From the NCBI GenBank assembly GCA_963785725.1, contig CAWAWS010000020.1, positions 303,201 to 367,200 of the forward strand: a stretch of DNA of 64,000 nt, read 5' to 3'. Source of the DNA: an uncultured delta proteobacterium. Its GTDB lineage: Bacteria > Myxococcota_A > Polyangia > Palsa-1104. Position 1 is the stretch's first letter. Each line of letters opens with the position of its first letter. Under the pieces are notes generated by a model. That model was not told where the DNA came from. It saw nothing but the letters and a program-made list of their open reading frames with translations, and did no database searches. Made by a program: the position numbers and the translations under genes. Shown here one piece after another: positions 29,880 to 40,751 of this stretch.

Positions 29880-32800
29880 TTAGAACGGCGGCTTGTACCC
29901 CACGACAGTCGATAGCTGCTCGAGCAGATGGCTGCGGCGAACCCCGGTTTCTTGCGTGTCCGAGCTGGTGTCCGGCCCGTCGGGACGCGCGTGCGACGAG
30001 ATGCCGCGCTCCTTCCAATACGCGCGCGGCGAGATCGGCGCGTCGGCGGTCTGAGGCAGGCGCGGCCAGAAGTCGCAGCTGGGATAGCCGAGCTGCGCGA
30101 CCGTGTCGGCTTGCTGGCGGCGAATTTCGGCGGCCGCCTTGTCGTCGCCGATCGCCTCCAACGACTCGGCGTAGCGCTGCAGGAGCCACGGCCGCGCGGC
30201 GACGTTGCCGGCGCGATCGAGCTGCGCCAGCGCGCCGTCGGCCAGCTGGCGCACGCGCAGGCGACGCGGCGCCGGATCGTCGAACGAGCTGACCGCCATC
30301 GTGTGCGCGAGGCCCATCGCGTTCATCGGGCCGGCGTAGTCGTCGCGCGCGGCGTCGGCCATCTCCAGGCCGCGCGTGTAGACGGCGCGCGCGTCTTCGA
30401 AGCGGCCGCCGACGAACATGACGTCGCCCAAAAAGGCCTGCGCCCACGACGCGAGCATGCCTATTTTGAGGATGCTCGAGAGGTTGATGGAGTTGGACAG
30501 GAGGACGCGGGCGCGATCGATGCGGCCGAGATGGAACTGGTGGCGGCCGGCGAACACGGTGCCGACGTAGACGTAGAGGCCGCCGATCGCGTGCTCCTCG
30601 GCGAACGCCAACAGGCCCGTCGACCAGCGCACGCCTTCGGTGTACTCGCACAAGGCTTCGCACAAGGCCGAGCGATAGATGTGCGCGCCCAAGATGCGCA
30701 GCGGATCTTCCAGCGCGGCGGCGAGCGAGCCGCATGCTTCGGCGGCGATGAGCGCGGTCTCGCGCCGGCCGGTGAAGCCGAGCGCGACCGACAAGAGGCC
30801 GTTGGAGTGCGAGAGCTCGCCGTATTCGCGCGACTCTTTGGCCAGCTCGATGCCGCGCTCCAAGACCTCGATCGACTGCGTGAACTGACCCGAGATGCAC
30901 ATCGTGCGGCCGAGAATGTTCGCCGGCAGGCATTGGAAGCTCTTCAGCTCGGGATCGTCTTTGGCGACGGCGAGGCAGCGACGCGAGGATTCACCGGCTT
31001 TGACGGCGTTGCCTTGCACGTAATAGAGCCGCGCGTAGGCGCCGGCGAGCGCGACCTGCTGGCGCGGCGAGCCTTCGCCGACGAGCGACGCGCAGCGATC
31101 GAGCTGGGCCAGGATTTCGCTGGTGTCGCCGAGCGAGCCGGCCACCCGCGACAGCTCGAAGGCGGCGCGCGCCAAGAGATCGTCGCGCTCGACCGTGCGC
31201 GACAGCGGCGCGATGACCTCGACGACGCGGTGAAAGGCGTTCGATCCGCCGGCGGGATCGTGCAGATCGTCGGCTTCGAGGCCGGCCTTGAAGTAGGCCT
31301 GCGCCGCCGGCAGCGGACGACCGGCGCGCTCCAAGTGATGGCCGAGCGTTCCCGCCGGCACTTTCCGCTGCGCCAGCCGATCGGCGATGCGCCCGTGAAT
31401 GTCGGCCAAGCGACCGGGCGAAACCGTCGACTCCAGGTGCTCGCGCACGGTGTCATGCGCGAACGTGATGCGATCGCCGTCGGCGCGGCACAAGAGGTGG
31501 CGCGCGGCGTCGTCGACGGCGGCGTGCACCGCGGCGGCGGCGTAGAGGCCGAGGCCGATGACGTCCGAGAGGTGAAACTGGCGGCCGATGAGCGCGGCCA
31601 CGCCGAGGACGGCGCGCTCGTCGTGGCGCAGCTGCTCGAGCGTGCGTTCGAGCACCGCCGACACCGACGACGGCGGCTGGTAGTCGTCGAACGAGCGCTC
31701 GCCGCGCTGCAAACGACCGAGCGCGTCGCGGGCCAGAAAGTGCTCCGCCTCCAAGTTGTGCAGCACCTGCGTCATCACGAGCGGGTTGCCTGCCGACAAG
31801 AGCGGGATCGCTCGCTGCAACATGTGGGTCAGCTCGTCGCCCGAGCCGGTCAGCTGGCGCATCAGCTGCTCGGAGTCGGCGGCGTCGAGCGGCGCCAGCG
31901 CCAGCTGCTCCATCGGAATGTTCGCCAGCGTCGACGTCGGCCGGCTCGTCGTGATGAGGATCGTGCGCGGCGTCGGATGCGCCGCGCAGATGCGCGCCAG
32001 CACCGCCAGCGTGCCTTCGTCGGCCCAGTGCAGGTCTTCGATGACCGCGAACACCGGCATCAGCTGCGCCACGGCGCCGAGCAGCGACACGAGCGCGCGC
32101 GCCACCCGCTCGGAGCCGACGAGCCGCAGCGCCGACGACACGTTCTCGACGGTGTGCGCCTCGCCGTCGCGGGCGAGCAGCTCGGCCGTCTCCGGCGCCA
32201 GGCCGACGAGCACCGCCGCGTCGGAGATGGGGGCGGCGCGGATGCGCTCGCGCGCCTCGCGGCCGAGCTTGCCCGGCATCATCGCCAAGGCCGAGCACAG
32301 CTGCGCCAGCGACTCGCGCAGCGGCGAATAGGGCACGAGGTCGCCGAGCTGGCGGCAGCGACCGTACGCGACGAGGCCGACGCGCGTCGCCGCCGCGCGC
32401 GTCAACGCCTCGGCCGCCAGCCGACTCTTGCCGACGCCGGGCTCGCCCACGATCGAGATCGCCGCCGCCTCGCCGCCGACCACCGCTTCGCAGCGACGGC
32501 GCAGCCGCTCGAGCTCGCGCGTGCGGCCGGCGAACGGCGACTGGCTCACGTCGATCACCGTCAGCGGGCTCGACGACGCCTCGGCGTGCGGCACGGTCGC
32601 GCCCGTCTCGTACAAGGTGTCGTAATAGAGGTCCTTCAAGCGCGCCGACAAGAGCTGCGCCGAGCCGAACCGGAGCGCCGGATCGCGCTGCAACAGGGCG
32701 TCGATGAGCTGCGCCAGACCGGGCGAAATGTCGGGCAGACGCTGGCTAATCGGGATCGGATCCTTGCTCGTCTTCTCGGCGATGAGCTTCCAGTTGTCGA

Positions 32801-33467
32801 GCGCCTCGAACGGCAGCTGCGCCGTCAAGATCTCGTAAAACACCGTGCCCAGCGCGTACAAGTCGAGCTTGGCGTTGGGCTGCGAGCGACCGGACTCGAA
32901 CGACTCGGGCGCCATGTACACCGGCGAGCCCGCCCACACCGACTCGGCGCGCGGCGCCACCGACGCCAGCTGCGACAGGCCGAAGTCGAGCACCTTGATG
33001 CGCGGCTCGAACGGATCCGCGATCATGATGTTGCTCGACTTGAGATCGAGGTGAAAGATGTTGCGCTCGTGGCAGTGCGCCAGCGCTTCGGCGACGCGGC
33101 GCACGATGCGAATGGCCTCGATCGGATCGAGCCGACCGCGCCGGCGCAGATGATCTTGCAGCGACTCGCCTTCGACCAGCTCCATCGCCAAAAAGAGGCG
33201 CTGCTCGGGCTGCTGCGTGCCGAAGTCGAAGATGCTCACCAGCGCCGGATGCTGCAACCGCATCAAGGCTTCGATCTCGTTCTGCTGGCGGACGAGATTC
33301 TGCGCCGTCTGTCGCGTCGCCGGATGGTGCGAAATCTTCAGCGCCACCACCTCTTGGCTGTGGTTGTGCGCGCGATAGACGGCGCCGAAGCCGCCCGCGC
33401 CCAACAGCTCGTCGACGACGTAACCACCGACGTCGACGCCGCGTGGCAGCGGAATGAAGTCGCCCAC
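29880..33467 (-). CDS. Ser/Thr protein kinase fused to an AAA/STAND-type NTPase and TPR-like repeats
   Basis: LGAGGFGAVYRA, HLDLKSSNIM, DFGLS; then the P-loop IVGEPGVGKSRLAAE; then a long helical-repeat C-terminus. 1195 aa, intact. Confidence 0.85.
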   Translation of the reverse strand: MGDFIPLPRGVDVGGYVVDELLGAGGFGAVYRAHNHSQEVVALKISHHPATRQTAQNLVRQQNEIEALMRLQHPALVSIFDFGTQQPEQRLFLAMELVEGESLQDHLRRRGRLDPIEAIRIVRRVAEALAHCHERNIFHLDLKSSNIMIADPFEPRIKVLDFGLSQLASVAPRAESVWAGSPVYMAPESFESGRSQPNAKLDLYALGTVFYEILTAQLPFEALDNWKLIAEKTSKDPIPISQRLPDISPGLAQLIDALLQRDPALRFGSAQLLSARLKDLYYDTLYETGATVPHAEASSSPLTVIDVSQSPFAGRTRELERLRRRCEAVVGGEAAAISIVGEPGVGKSRLAAEALTRAAATRVGLVAYGRCRQLGDLVPYSPLRESLAQLCSALAMMPGKLGREARERIRAAPISDAAVLVGLAPETAELLARDGEAHTVENVSSALRLVGSERVARALVSLLGAVAQLMPVFAVIEDLHWADEGTLAVLARICAAHPTPRTILITTSRPTSTLANIPMEQLALAPLDAADSEQLMRQLTGSGDELTHMLQRAIPLLSAGNPLVMTQVLHNLEAEHFLARDALGRLQRGERSFDDYQPPSSVSAVLERTLEQLRHDERAVLGVAALIGRQFHLSDVIGLGLYAAAAVHAAVDDAARHLLCRADGDRITFAHDTVREHLESTVSPGRLADIHGRIADRLAQRKVPAGTLGHHLERAGRPLPAAQAYFKAGLEADDLHDPAGGSNAFHRVVEVIAPLSRTVERDDLLARAAFELSRVAGSLGDTSEILAQLDRCASLVGEGSPRQQVALAGAYARLYYVQGNAVKAGESSRRCLAVAKDDPELKSFQCLPANILGRTMCISGQFTQSIEVLERGIELAKESREYGELSHSNGLLSVALGFTGRRETALIAAEACGSLAAALEDPLRILGAHIYRSALCEALCEYTEGVRWSTGLLAFAEEHAIGGLYVYVGTVFAGRHQFHLGRIDRARVLLSNSINLSSILKIGMLASWAQAFLGDVMFVGGRFEDARAVYTRGLEMADAARDDYAGPMNAMGLAHTMAVSSFDDPAPRRLRVRQLADGALAQLDRAGNVAARPWLLQRYAESLEAIGDDKAAAEIRRQQADTVAQLGYPSCDFWPRLPQTADAPISPRAYWKERGISSHARPDGPDTSSDTQETGVRRSHLLEQLSTVVGYKPPF

Positions 33468-33478
33468 GGCCGGCTCGT

Positions 33479-34312
33479 TTACCCGCGCACGAGCCCGGGC
33501 GTCTGCGGCGGCGCGTCACCGCGTCGATCGGGATGGTCGCGCTCGAGGAAGCGGCGCAAACCCTCTTGCATGTCCGACGAGCCGAGGAGGCGATTGAAGC
33601 ACTCGGCCTCGATGCGCATGGCCTCGGGCATGGGCGCGTTGTAGCCGCGCATGACCGATTCCTTGTCGGTGCGAATGGCCTCTTGCGGCAACGCGGCGAT
33701 GAAGCGCCCGAGCTCCAGCGCGCGCTCCAGCGACTTACCGCGCGGCACGATCTCGTTGACGAGCCCGATGCGCTCGGCCTCGACGGCGCCGATGACGCGG
33801 CCGGTGATGATGAGCTCGAGCGCGCGGCCCATGCCGATGATGCGCGGCAGGCGCACGGTGCCGCCGTCGGCGAGGCCGATGTTCCAGCGCCGGCAGGTGA
33901 CGCCGAAGCTGGCATGCTCCTCGGCGATGCGCATGTCCGCCCAGCACGCCCACTCGAGCCCGCCGGCGTACGCGACGCCGTTGATGGCGGCGATGACCGG
34001 CTTGTACAGGTCGGTCCAGCGGCTCGGTCCGAGATAGCCGGGACGCTCGCCGCGGTTGTTGGCGGCGATCTCCGACGGCGTCGACGGCACGAGCTGCGCG
34101 ACGTGGCGCAAGTCGGCGCCGGAGCAGAAGGCCTTGTCGCCGCTGCCGGTGATGATGGCGACCGACGCGCTGTCGTCCTCGCGAAAGAGGTTCCAGGCGG
34201 CGATCAGCTCGTGATGCGTGCGCGGACCGATGCAGTTGCGCACGTCGGGTCGGTTGATCTGGATGATGCGCACCGCGCCGTCGCGCTGATAGAGAATCTC
34301 TTGGAAGTCCAC
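33479..34312 (-). CDS. Enoyl-CoA hydratase/isomerase (crotonase) family protein
   Basis: A probable GTG start at 34312 follows GGAGG. INRPDVRNCI, ITGSGDKAFCSGADL, AAINGVAYAGGLEWACWADMRIA. Confidence 0.8.
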   Translation of the reverse strand: MDFQEILYQRDGAVRIIQINRPDVRNCIGPRTHHELIAAWNLFREDDSASVAIITGSGDKAFCSGADLRHVAQLVPSTPSEIAANNRGERPGYLGPSRWTDLYKPVIAAINGVAYAGGLEWACWADMRIAEEHASFGVTCRRWNIGLADGGTVRLPRIIGMGRALELIITGRVIGAVEAERIGLVNEIVPRGKSLERALELGRFIAALPQEAIRTDKESVMRGYNAPMPEAMRIEAECFNRLLGSSDMQEGLRRFLERDHPDRRGDAPPQTPGLVRG

Positions 34313-34385
34313 ACTCACCTCCCGTCGACGGGCGCTCCGCGCAGAACAGCGTATCAACGAAAGAAAGGAAGCGTCAAGGACGCGG

Positions 34386-35324
34386 TCACGCGAGCTTGCA
34401 GCAGTCGTGACACCAGATGTTGCGGCCTTTGCGCCGCCACTCGGCGGCGCCGTAGTGAAATGACGCGCGTGCGACGGCGGGCAGCACGCGGTGCACGTGT
34501 GCGACGTCGTCGGCATGGGACGCACGCCCGAGCGCCTGCGACGCCGGCACGGCGACGACGGCATCGAGCGGCGGATTGACGAAGACGGGAATCGACAGGC
34601 GGCTGCGATCGCGCGCAAGGTTGGTCACGCGATGCGGCGTCGCGCGCAATGCGCCGCCGCTTTGGGCTTCGGCCAGCTCGCCCAGGTTGACGATGAGCGT
34701 CGCCGGCGCGGGATCGACCGCGCGCCAAACACCGTCGCGCGTCTGCAGCTCGAGGCCGCCGACGTCATCCTGTGCCAAGAGCGTCACCAAGCTGTAATCG
34801 ACATGCGCCGCCACGCCCGAACGCAGCTCGTGCGCGCGTGGCTGCGGATGGTAGTGGATGAGCTTCGTGACCAAGTAGGCGTCGCCCGTCGGCAGGGGCA
34901 GCGACAACGACGCCAACAGACGACGACCGAGCGCCGCCAGCTCGTCCTGATGCGCCAGCAGCGTCGCCGCGAAGTCGGCACCGAGCGGCGGCGGCCATTG
35001 GTTGGGGCCGGCGAGCCGAGCCCACTCGGGCGCGTCCTCGTCGGCCCGCGCCGGCCGCTCGCTGCCGAGGTGCAGCTGCTCGCGCCAGTCGCGCGCGTTG
35101 TGCAGCTCGGAGTAGCCGCGAAAGTGCGGCGAGCGCGCGATGTCGAGCGCGCGTTTGTCCGCGGCCGGCAGCGCGAAGAACGCGCGCGCGTGCGCCATCG
35201 TCGCGCGCAGGCGCGCGCCGGCAGCGTCGTCGAGCTGCAGCGTAAAGGCGCCGACGTCGCTGCACGCCGCCCGCAGCGCCGCCCGATCGCCGTCGAGCGT
35301 GGCGGTACAAAAGCGCGGGATCAT
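34386..35324 (-). CDS. 2-oxoglutarate/Fe(II)-dependent oxygenase (isopenicillin-N-synthase-like)
   Basis: The start ATG at 35324 overlaps the upstream stop codon (ATGA). Motifs include AAHVDYSLVTLLAQDDVGGLELQ and ATPHRV, a plausible HxD...H facial triad. Confidence 0.75.
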   Translation of the reverse strand: MIPRFCTATLDGDRAALRAACSDVGAFTLQLDDAAGARLRATMAHARAFFALPAADKRALDIARSPHFRGYSELHNARDWREQLHLGSERPARADEDAPEWARLAGPNQWPPPLGADFAATLLAHQDELAALGRRLLASLSLPLPTGDAYLVTKLIHYHPQPRAHELRSGVAAHVDYSLVTLLAQDDVGGLELQTRDGVWRAVDPAPATLIVNLGELAEAQSGGALRATPHRVTNLARDRSRLSIPVFVNPPLDAVVAVPASQALGRASHADDVAHVHRVLPAVARASFHYGAAEWRRKGRNIWCHDCCKLA

Positions 35325-36559
35325 GCGAGCGCGCGCGCCAGCCACTGCCGCGCGTCGTCGAGGCCGTCGATGTTAGCGAGCGGCAGCGTGTCGCCGTAGA
35401 AGCCGTGCGCGAGCTTGTGGCGCAGCTTGTCGACATGCCGGCCATGCGCCGTCTCGACCTGCAGCACGCGCGGATCGAAGGGCAGCCCCTTTTCGTGCAG
35501 CATCTCGAACAGCAACAGCTGCACGGCCTCGGCGGCGACGGGCGCGAGCGCTGCCGACGCCTGCGCCAAGCGGCTCGCGCAGGCGCTACGGCGACCAAGG
35601 ATTGCGGCGTCGTCGAGCGCGGCGGCGGTCACGGCCGCGGCGGCGCCGTCGAGGATCGTGCGATGGCGCTGCGTGGCGGCGTCGACGAGCGTCGTGGCCG
35701 CGCCGCCGTCCGCCGGCGGCTGATAGGCGTCGGGCAGGTCGACGCCGCGCGACAGCAGCTCCTCGCGCACCATGAAGCGCGCGTGATCGACGTCGTGCAG
35801 GAAATATTCGAGCGGCGACAGCCGCGCGCCATCGCTGAAGATGGGCGTCGTGCGCAGACCGAGCGGATGCACGGGCACGACGCGCGTGTGCACGAAGAAG
35901 CGCGGCGACAGCGGCGCGAACGTCGGAAACACGATCACGTCGGGATAGAGCTGCCCGAGCGGCGCCAGCTCGGCCGCGACTTTGGGCCGATAGATCGCCG
36001 GCAGATCGGGCTCGAGGGCGCGCGCTTCGGCGTCGACGGCGAGCGCGAACGCATGCGCGACCGCGAGCGCGGCGGCGTAAGGCGCGCCGGCCGCGGCGAC
36101 GGCGCGCAGCTCGGCGGCGAGCGGCGGATGCGAACGATCTAGCCAAGCGGCAGCGTGCAGCAGCGTCGGCACGAGCTCGGGCAGCCGCGAATCGCCCGTC
36201 GCCGCTCGCTGTCGCAGCTGACGATAGAAGCCGACCGGATCGGCGGTCAGCGCGGCACCGAAGTGATCGGGCGGCGGCGGCAGCAACAGCGCGCCGCGCT
36301 GCTCGAAGCCGGCCGCCGCCAGCGCCAGCAGCTCGAACGCGAACAGCGTCAACCGTCCGTGGTCATCGACGAGCGTCGCGGTCGTAATCGGCGAGCCGAC
36401 GTAGACGCGGCGACGGCACGCGACCAATTCGCGCACGAAGCCGTGATTGCGCAGGAGCGACCAGCCTTCGCGCGGCAAGATGACGTGGCCGGGCCACTCG
36501 CGCGCGACGTCGGCGTCGGCGAGCCGGCCGATCACCGCGATGTCGCCGGCGCCGTTCAC
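35321..36559 (-). CDS. 412-aa conserved-looking protein of unknown function
   Basis: Intact ORF that is not a GC-shadow type. It contains EYFLHDVDHARFMVRE and LLLFEMLHEKGLPFDP. It is translationally coupled to the 2OG oxygenase gene. Confidence 0.55.
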   Translation of the reverse strand: MNGAGDIAVIGRLADADVAREWPGHVILPREGWSLLRNHGFVRELVACRRRVYVGSPITTATLVDDHGRLTLFAFELLALAAAGFEQRGALLLPPPPDHFGAALTADPVGFYRQLRQRAATGDSRLPELVPTLLHAAAWLDRSHPPLAAELRAVAAAGAPYAAALAVAHAFALAVDAEARALEPDLPAIYRPKVAAELAPLGQLYPDVIVFPTFAPLSPRFFVHTRVVPVHPLGLRTTPIFSDGARLSPLEYFLHDVDHARFMVREELLSRGVDLPDAYQPPADGGAATTLVDAATQRHRTILDGAAAAVTAAALDDAAILGRRSACASRLAQASAALAPVAAEAVQLLLFEMLHEKGLPFDPRVLQVETAHGRHVDKLRHKLAHGFYGDTLPLANIDGLDDARQWLARALA

Positions 36560-36596
36560 CCGCCAAAGATAGCGCGACGGCGGCGAACGCGCTCGA

Positions 36597-37460
36597 TCAC
36601 CTGAGGTCGATCGCGGTCACGCGGTCGTGCACGCGCTCGGCCAGCGTCAGCCCGCCGTAACGCGCGTACTCGCGCGGGTAGCCGACCGGGCTCGTCTCGA
36701 CCGTGAATTCGCCGCCCGGCCCGACGGCGACGGCGCGCTTGCGGAAGTGCGTGTGGCCGGCGGCGCCGTAGCGGACATTTCCCGCGCGCTGCATGGCCGC
36801 GCCCAGCCGCTCCGAGCCCATGAAGCCGTTGATGAAGTCCCACGGCGGCTCGCCGCGCGACGTCACCAGCGCCGCCAGCGGCAGATGATGCGTGACCACG
36901 ACCGTCGGCCGCGCGCCGGCTTCGTCGAGCTGGCGTTGCAGCGCGTGCACCATGCCGTCGCAGATGCCGAGATCGTCGAGCTTGCCGCCGCTGTCGTCGG
37001 GCCAGTGGACGCGCAGCTTGTCGTTCCAGCGCAGGCGTCCCCACGAGCCGCGCACGTAGTCCTCGCGCGTGAAGGTGCCGTCGAGCTCTTTGCAGCGCAG
37101 CGAGTAGTCGTACCAGCCGGTGGTGCCGCAAAAGACGACGCCGTCGATCTCGACCGGCGCCGCATGCAGCGCGTCGACGCCGGCGCGCGCGCAGCGTTCG
37201 GGAATGTCGCGCTCGTATTTGTCGCGGCTGGTCGGCCCTTCGGCGGCGCACCATAAGTCGTGGTTGCCGGGCACGAACACCGTGCGTGGCGCCGCCTTGC
37301 CGAGCCGCGCCAGCGCCGACTCGAGCGTGTCGAGGTCGTGCGTCACGTCCCCGGCGACGATGAGCACGTCTACGGCCAGTTCCTCGACGCGCGCGCTCAC
37401 GAGCGGAATGACGTCGGGATGATGCTCGACATGAAGGTCGCTGGTGAGCGCGAGACGCAT
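36597..37460 (-). CDS. Calcineurin-like metallophosphoesterase
   Basis: The internal start at 37460 gives MRLALTSDLHVEHHP, then VAGDVTHD, VPGNHDLW, VTHHLP, and GHTHF. Confidence 0.75.
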   Translation of the reverse strand: MRLALTSDLHVEHHPDVIPLVSARVEELAVDVLIVAGDVTHDLDTLESALARLGKAAPRTVFVPGNHDLWCAAEGPTSRDKYERDIPERCARAGVDALHAAPVEIDGVVFCGTTGWYDYSLRCKELDGTFTREDYVRGSWGRLRWNDKLRVHWPDDSGGKLDDLGICDGMVHALQRQLDEAGARPTVVVTHHLPLAALVTSRGEPPWDFINGFMGSERLGAAMQRAGNVRYGAAGHTHFRKRAVAVGPGGEFTVETSPVGYPREYARYGGLTLAERVHDRVTAIDLR

Positions 37461-37532
37461 CACCTCATTATGTAAGTCTCCATCCGCCGCTTGGCTTGCA
37501 AACTGCGACGTTCGGACTATGCTGCATGGCTG

Positions 37533-38040
37533 ATGTTCGCCTTGGGTGCCTACATGCTGTCCGCGGTCGCGTCGTTGTCGACGTCGCTGCCGGCGCATGC
37601 CGAGCCGCTGGCGAGCACCTACGAGCAGGCCGCCTGCGACCCGTCGGACTCGGGCGAGTGCGCCCAAGAGCTCGACCTGGCGTTCACGTGGGCGCTGAGC
37701 GAGCTCGAATCTGCCACCGGCGCCGGCCGTGCTCGACTGCAGCGACTCGCGCATGCCCGACTTCGGCGGCTGGTGCGACCTGCCGCATCCGCAGTCGCCG
37801 CTGGCGCCGCGCGCGTCGAGCGTGCACAACGGCAGTCACGGCTTCGGCATGCGCGCCGGCCACGCGACCTCGACGCCGCCCTTGGCGTCACCGCAGCCGC
37901 CGAGCGACGACTCGCGCACGCTGCCGCCGTTGACGCTGACGTTCCTCATGCCACCGACGAGCGCCCCGCTCGTCCTGCATTACGTCGCGCATCACGTCGA
38001 TGCCCCCAGCCTCCGCCTCGAACGTCCGCCCCGCATCTAG
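37533..38040 (+). CDS. Possible secreted hypothetical protein, frame break near 37725
   Basis: MFALGAYMLSAVASLSTSLPAHA is a plausible signal peptide (ORF 37491). The sequence continues plausibly in ORF 37729-38040 (AVLDCSDSRMPDFGGWCDLPHP...). No domain was recognised. Confidence 0.3.
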
Positions 38041-38107
38041 CGGTTTTCTTTTTCCGACATTTTGGTTCAGCAGCACAACTCCTACAGGGATAGGTACAGG
38101 TGTACCC

Positions 38108-40724
38108 ATGAGTAAAGGTCTCGCAATTATCGGAATGCTCGTTTCACTCGTGGTCGGTGTCTTCATCGGCCAGACGTGGAACCACTCGTCGTCGGAAGGC
38201 AGCGCGGCCAACGTGCCGGCCGCGGCGCTGCCCGACTCGACCGTCGAGCGCTTCAAGATCCCGACCGGCACCGCGCCGGCCAAGGGTCCCGAGCACGCCA
38301 AGGTCACCATCGTCGAGTACTCGGACTTCCAGTGCCCGTTCTGCTCGCGCGTCGAGCCGACGATCGACCAGATCATGAAGACGTACGGCAAGGACGTGCG
38401 CGTGCTGTGGAAGAACCAGCCGCTGCCGTTCCATCAGAACGCGATGCCGTCGGCCGAGATCGCGATGGCCGGCTACGCCAAGAAGGGCAACGACACCTTC
38501 TGGAAGCTGCACGACACGCTGTTCAAGAATCAGCAGCAGCTCGACGCGCCCGGACCTCGAGAAGTACGCCAAGGAGGCCGGCCTCTCGGACGACGACATC
38601 AAGGACGCGCTCGACGCCAAGAAGTTCGACGCGCAGATTCAGGCGGACTCGGCCGAAGGCACGAAGTTCGGCGCGCGCGGCACGCCGGCGTTCTTCATCA
38701 ACGGTCGCTCGCTCTCGGGCGCGCAGCCGTTCGACGCCTTCAAGAAGGTCATCGACGAGGAGATCGCGGCGGCGACGAAGGCGATGGCCAACGGCGCCAA
38801 GCTCGACAACGTCTACCAAGTGCTGACGTCGAACGGCAAGACGGCCGCGGGCGCGCCCGACGCGCCGAAGCCGCAGCAGGCGATGGCCGATCCGGCCGCC
38901 GTCTACAAGGTGCCGCTGGGCTCGTCGCCGGAAAAGGGTCAGAAGACGGCCAAGGTCACCATCGTCGAGTTCTCGGACTTCCAGTGCCCGTTCTGCTCGC
39001 GCGTCGAGCCGACCCTGACGCAGCTCGAGAAGGAGTACGGCAAGGACCTGCGCGTCGTGTGGAAGAACAGCCCGCTGCCGTTCCACCAGAACGCGATGCC
39101 GGCGGCCAAGGCGGCCGTGGCCGCGGCCGACGCAGGGCAAGTTCTGGGAGATGCACGACAAGATGTTCGCCGATCAGGCGCACCTCGATCAGGCGACGTT
39201 CGAGAAGTACGCCGGTGAGCTCGGCCTGAACATGTCGAAGTTCAAGGCGGCGATGGCCGATCCGAAGACCGACGCCGACATCAAGGCGGACATGGCGCTG
39301 GCGGAGAAGCTCGGCGCGCGCGGCACGCCCGGCTTCTTCATCAACGGTCGTCCGCTGCGCGGCGCGCAGCCGAAGGAGTCGTTCAAGGCGGTCATCGACA
39401 AGGAGATCACGGCGGCGGACGCGCTCTCGAAGAGCGGCACGAAGCCGGCCGACCTCTACACCGAGCTGACCAAGAACGGTAAAGAGAAGGCCGACGCGGG
39501 CGCGGCTCCGGCGGCGCAGCAGCGCCCGGGCCAGCCCGATCCGAACGCGGTCTACGCGCGGCCATCGAAGACGCGCCGGTCAAGGGCGCCGACGCCAAGC
39601 ACGCCAAGGTCACCATCGTGACGTGGTCGGACTTCCAGTGCCCGTTCTGCGGCCGCGTCGAGCCGACGCTCGATGCAGGTCATGCAGACCTACGGCAAGG
39701 ACGTGCGCATCGCGTTCAAGCAGCTACCCGCTGCCGTTCCACAACAACGCGCACGCGGCGGCCGAAGCGGCGCTGGCGGCCAAGGCCCAGGGCAAGTTCT
39801 GGGAGATGCACGACATCATGTTCAAGAACCAGCAGGCGCTCGATCGCGCCGTCGCTCGAGAAGTACGCGGCGCAGATCGGCCTCAACGTCGACAAGTTCA
39901 AGAGCGACCTCGACTCGGGCAAGTGGAAGGCGAAGGTCGACGCCGAGCAGGCCGAGGGCAACGAAGCTGGGCGCGCGCGGCACGCCGTCGTTCTTCATCA
40001 ACGGCAAGTCGCTTCGTCGGCGCGCAGCCGCTCGACGCCTTCAAGGCCAAGATCGACGCCGAGATCAAAGAAGCCGACGCCAAGGCGCACGGCAACTACG
40101 CCAAGTACTACGACGAGCTCATGAAGGGCGCGAAGACGGAAGTGCGCGGCGGCTCCGGCCGCGGCGCGCTCCGCCGTCGGACACGCAGGTCTACAAGGTC
40201 GATCCGGGCAACGGTCCGTCGGTGGGCCCGAAGAACGGCGCCGGTGCACGATCGTCGAGTTCTCGGACTTCCAGTGCCCGTTCTGCTCGCGCGTCGTCCC
40301 GACCGTCAAGCAGATCGAGGACAAGTACAAGGACAAGGTCCGCATCACGTGGCGCAACTATCCGCTGCCGTTCCACAACAACGCGATGGCGCGCGGCCGA
40401 AGCCGCGATGGCGGCCAACGCGCAGGGCAAGTTCTGGCCGATGCACGACAAGCTGTTCGCCAATCAGCAGGCAGCTCGATCGCCCGAACCTCGAGAAGTT
40501 CGCCAGTGAAGTCGGCCTCGACATGAGCCAGTTCAAGGCGGACCTCGACTCGCACAAGTACAAGGCGTCAGATCGACGCCGACGTGCAGTACGCCAACTC
40601 GCTCGGCGGCTCGGGCGGCTTCGGCACGCCGACGTTCTTCATCAACGGGCATAAGGTCGCCGGCGCCATGCCGATCGACGCCTTCGCCGCCATCATCGAC
40701 GGCGAGCTGAAGAACAAGCACTAA
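38108..40724 (+). pseudogene. Membrane-anchored protein with four tandem DsbA-like thioredoxin-fold domains (4x CPFC), broken by about 13 frame changes
   Basis: MSKGLAIIGMLVSLVVGVFIG anchor. The four FQCPFC active sites lie at 38333-38344, 38985-38996, 39639-39650 and 40275-40286. Each is followed by WKN.PLPFH.NA, GKFW.MHD, and GARGTP.FFING (FGTPTFFING in the fourth domain). Segments are spread over all three frames (ORFs 38000, 38784, 39151, 39618, 39623, 39673 and others). The stop codon is at 40722-40724. Confidence 0.8.
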
Positions 40725-40751
40725 GACGTAGTCGCACTACACGTTTCACCT

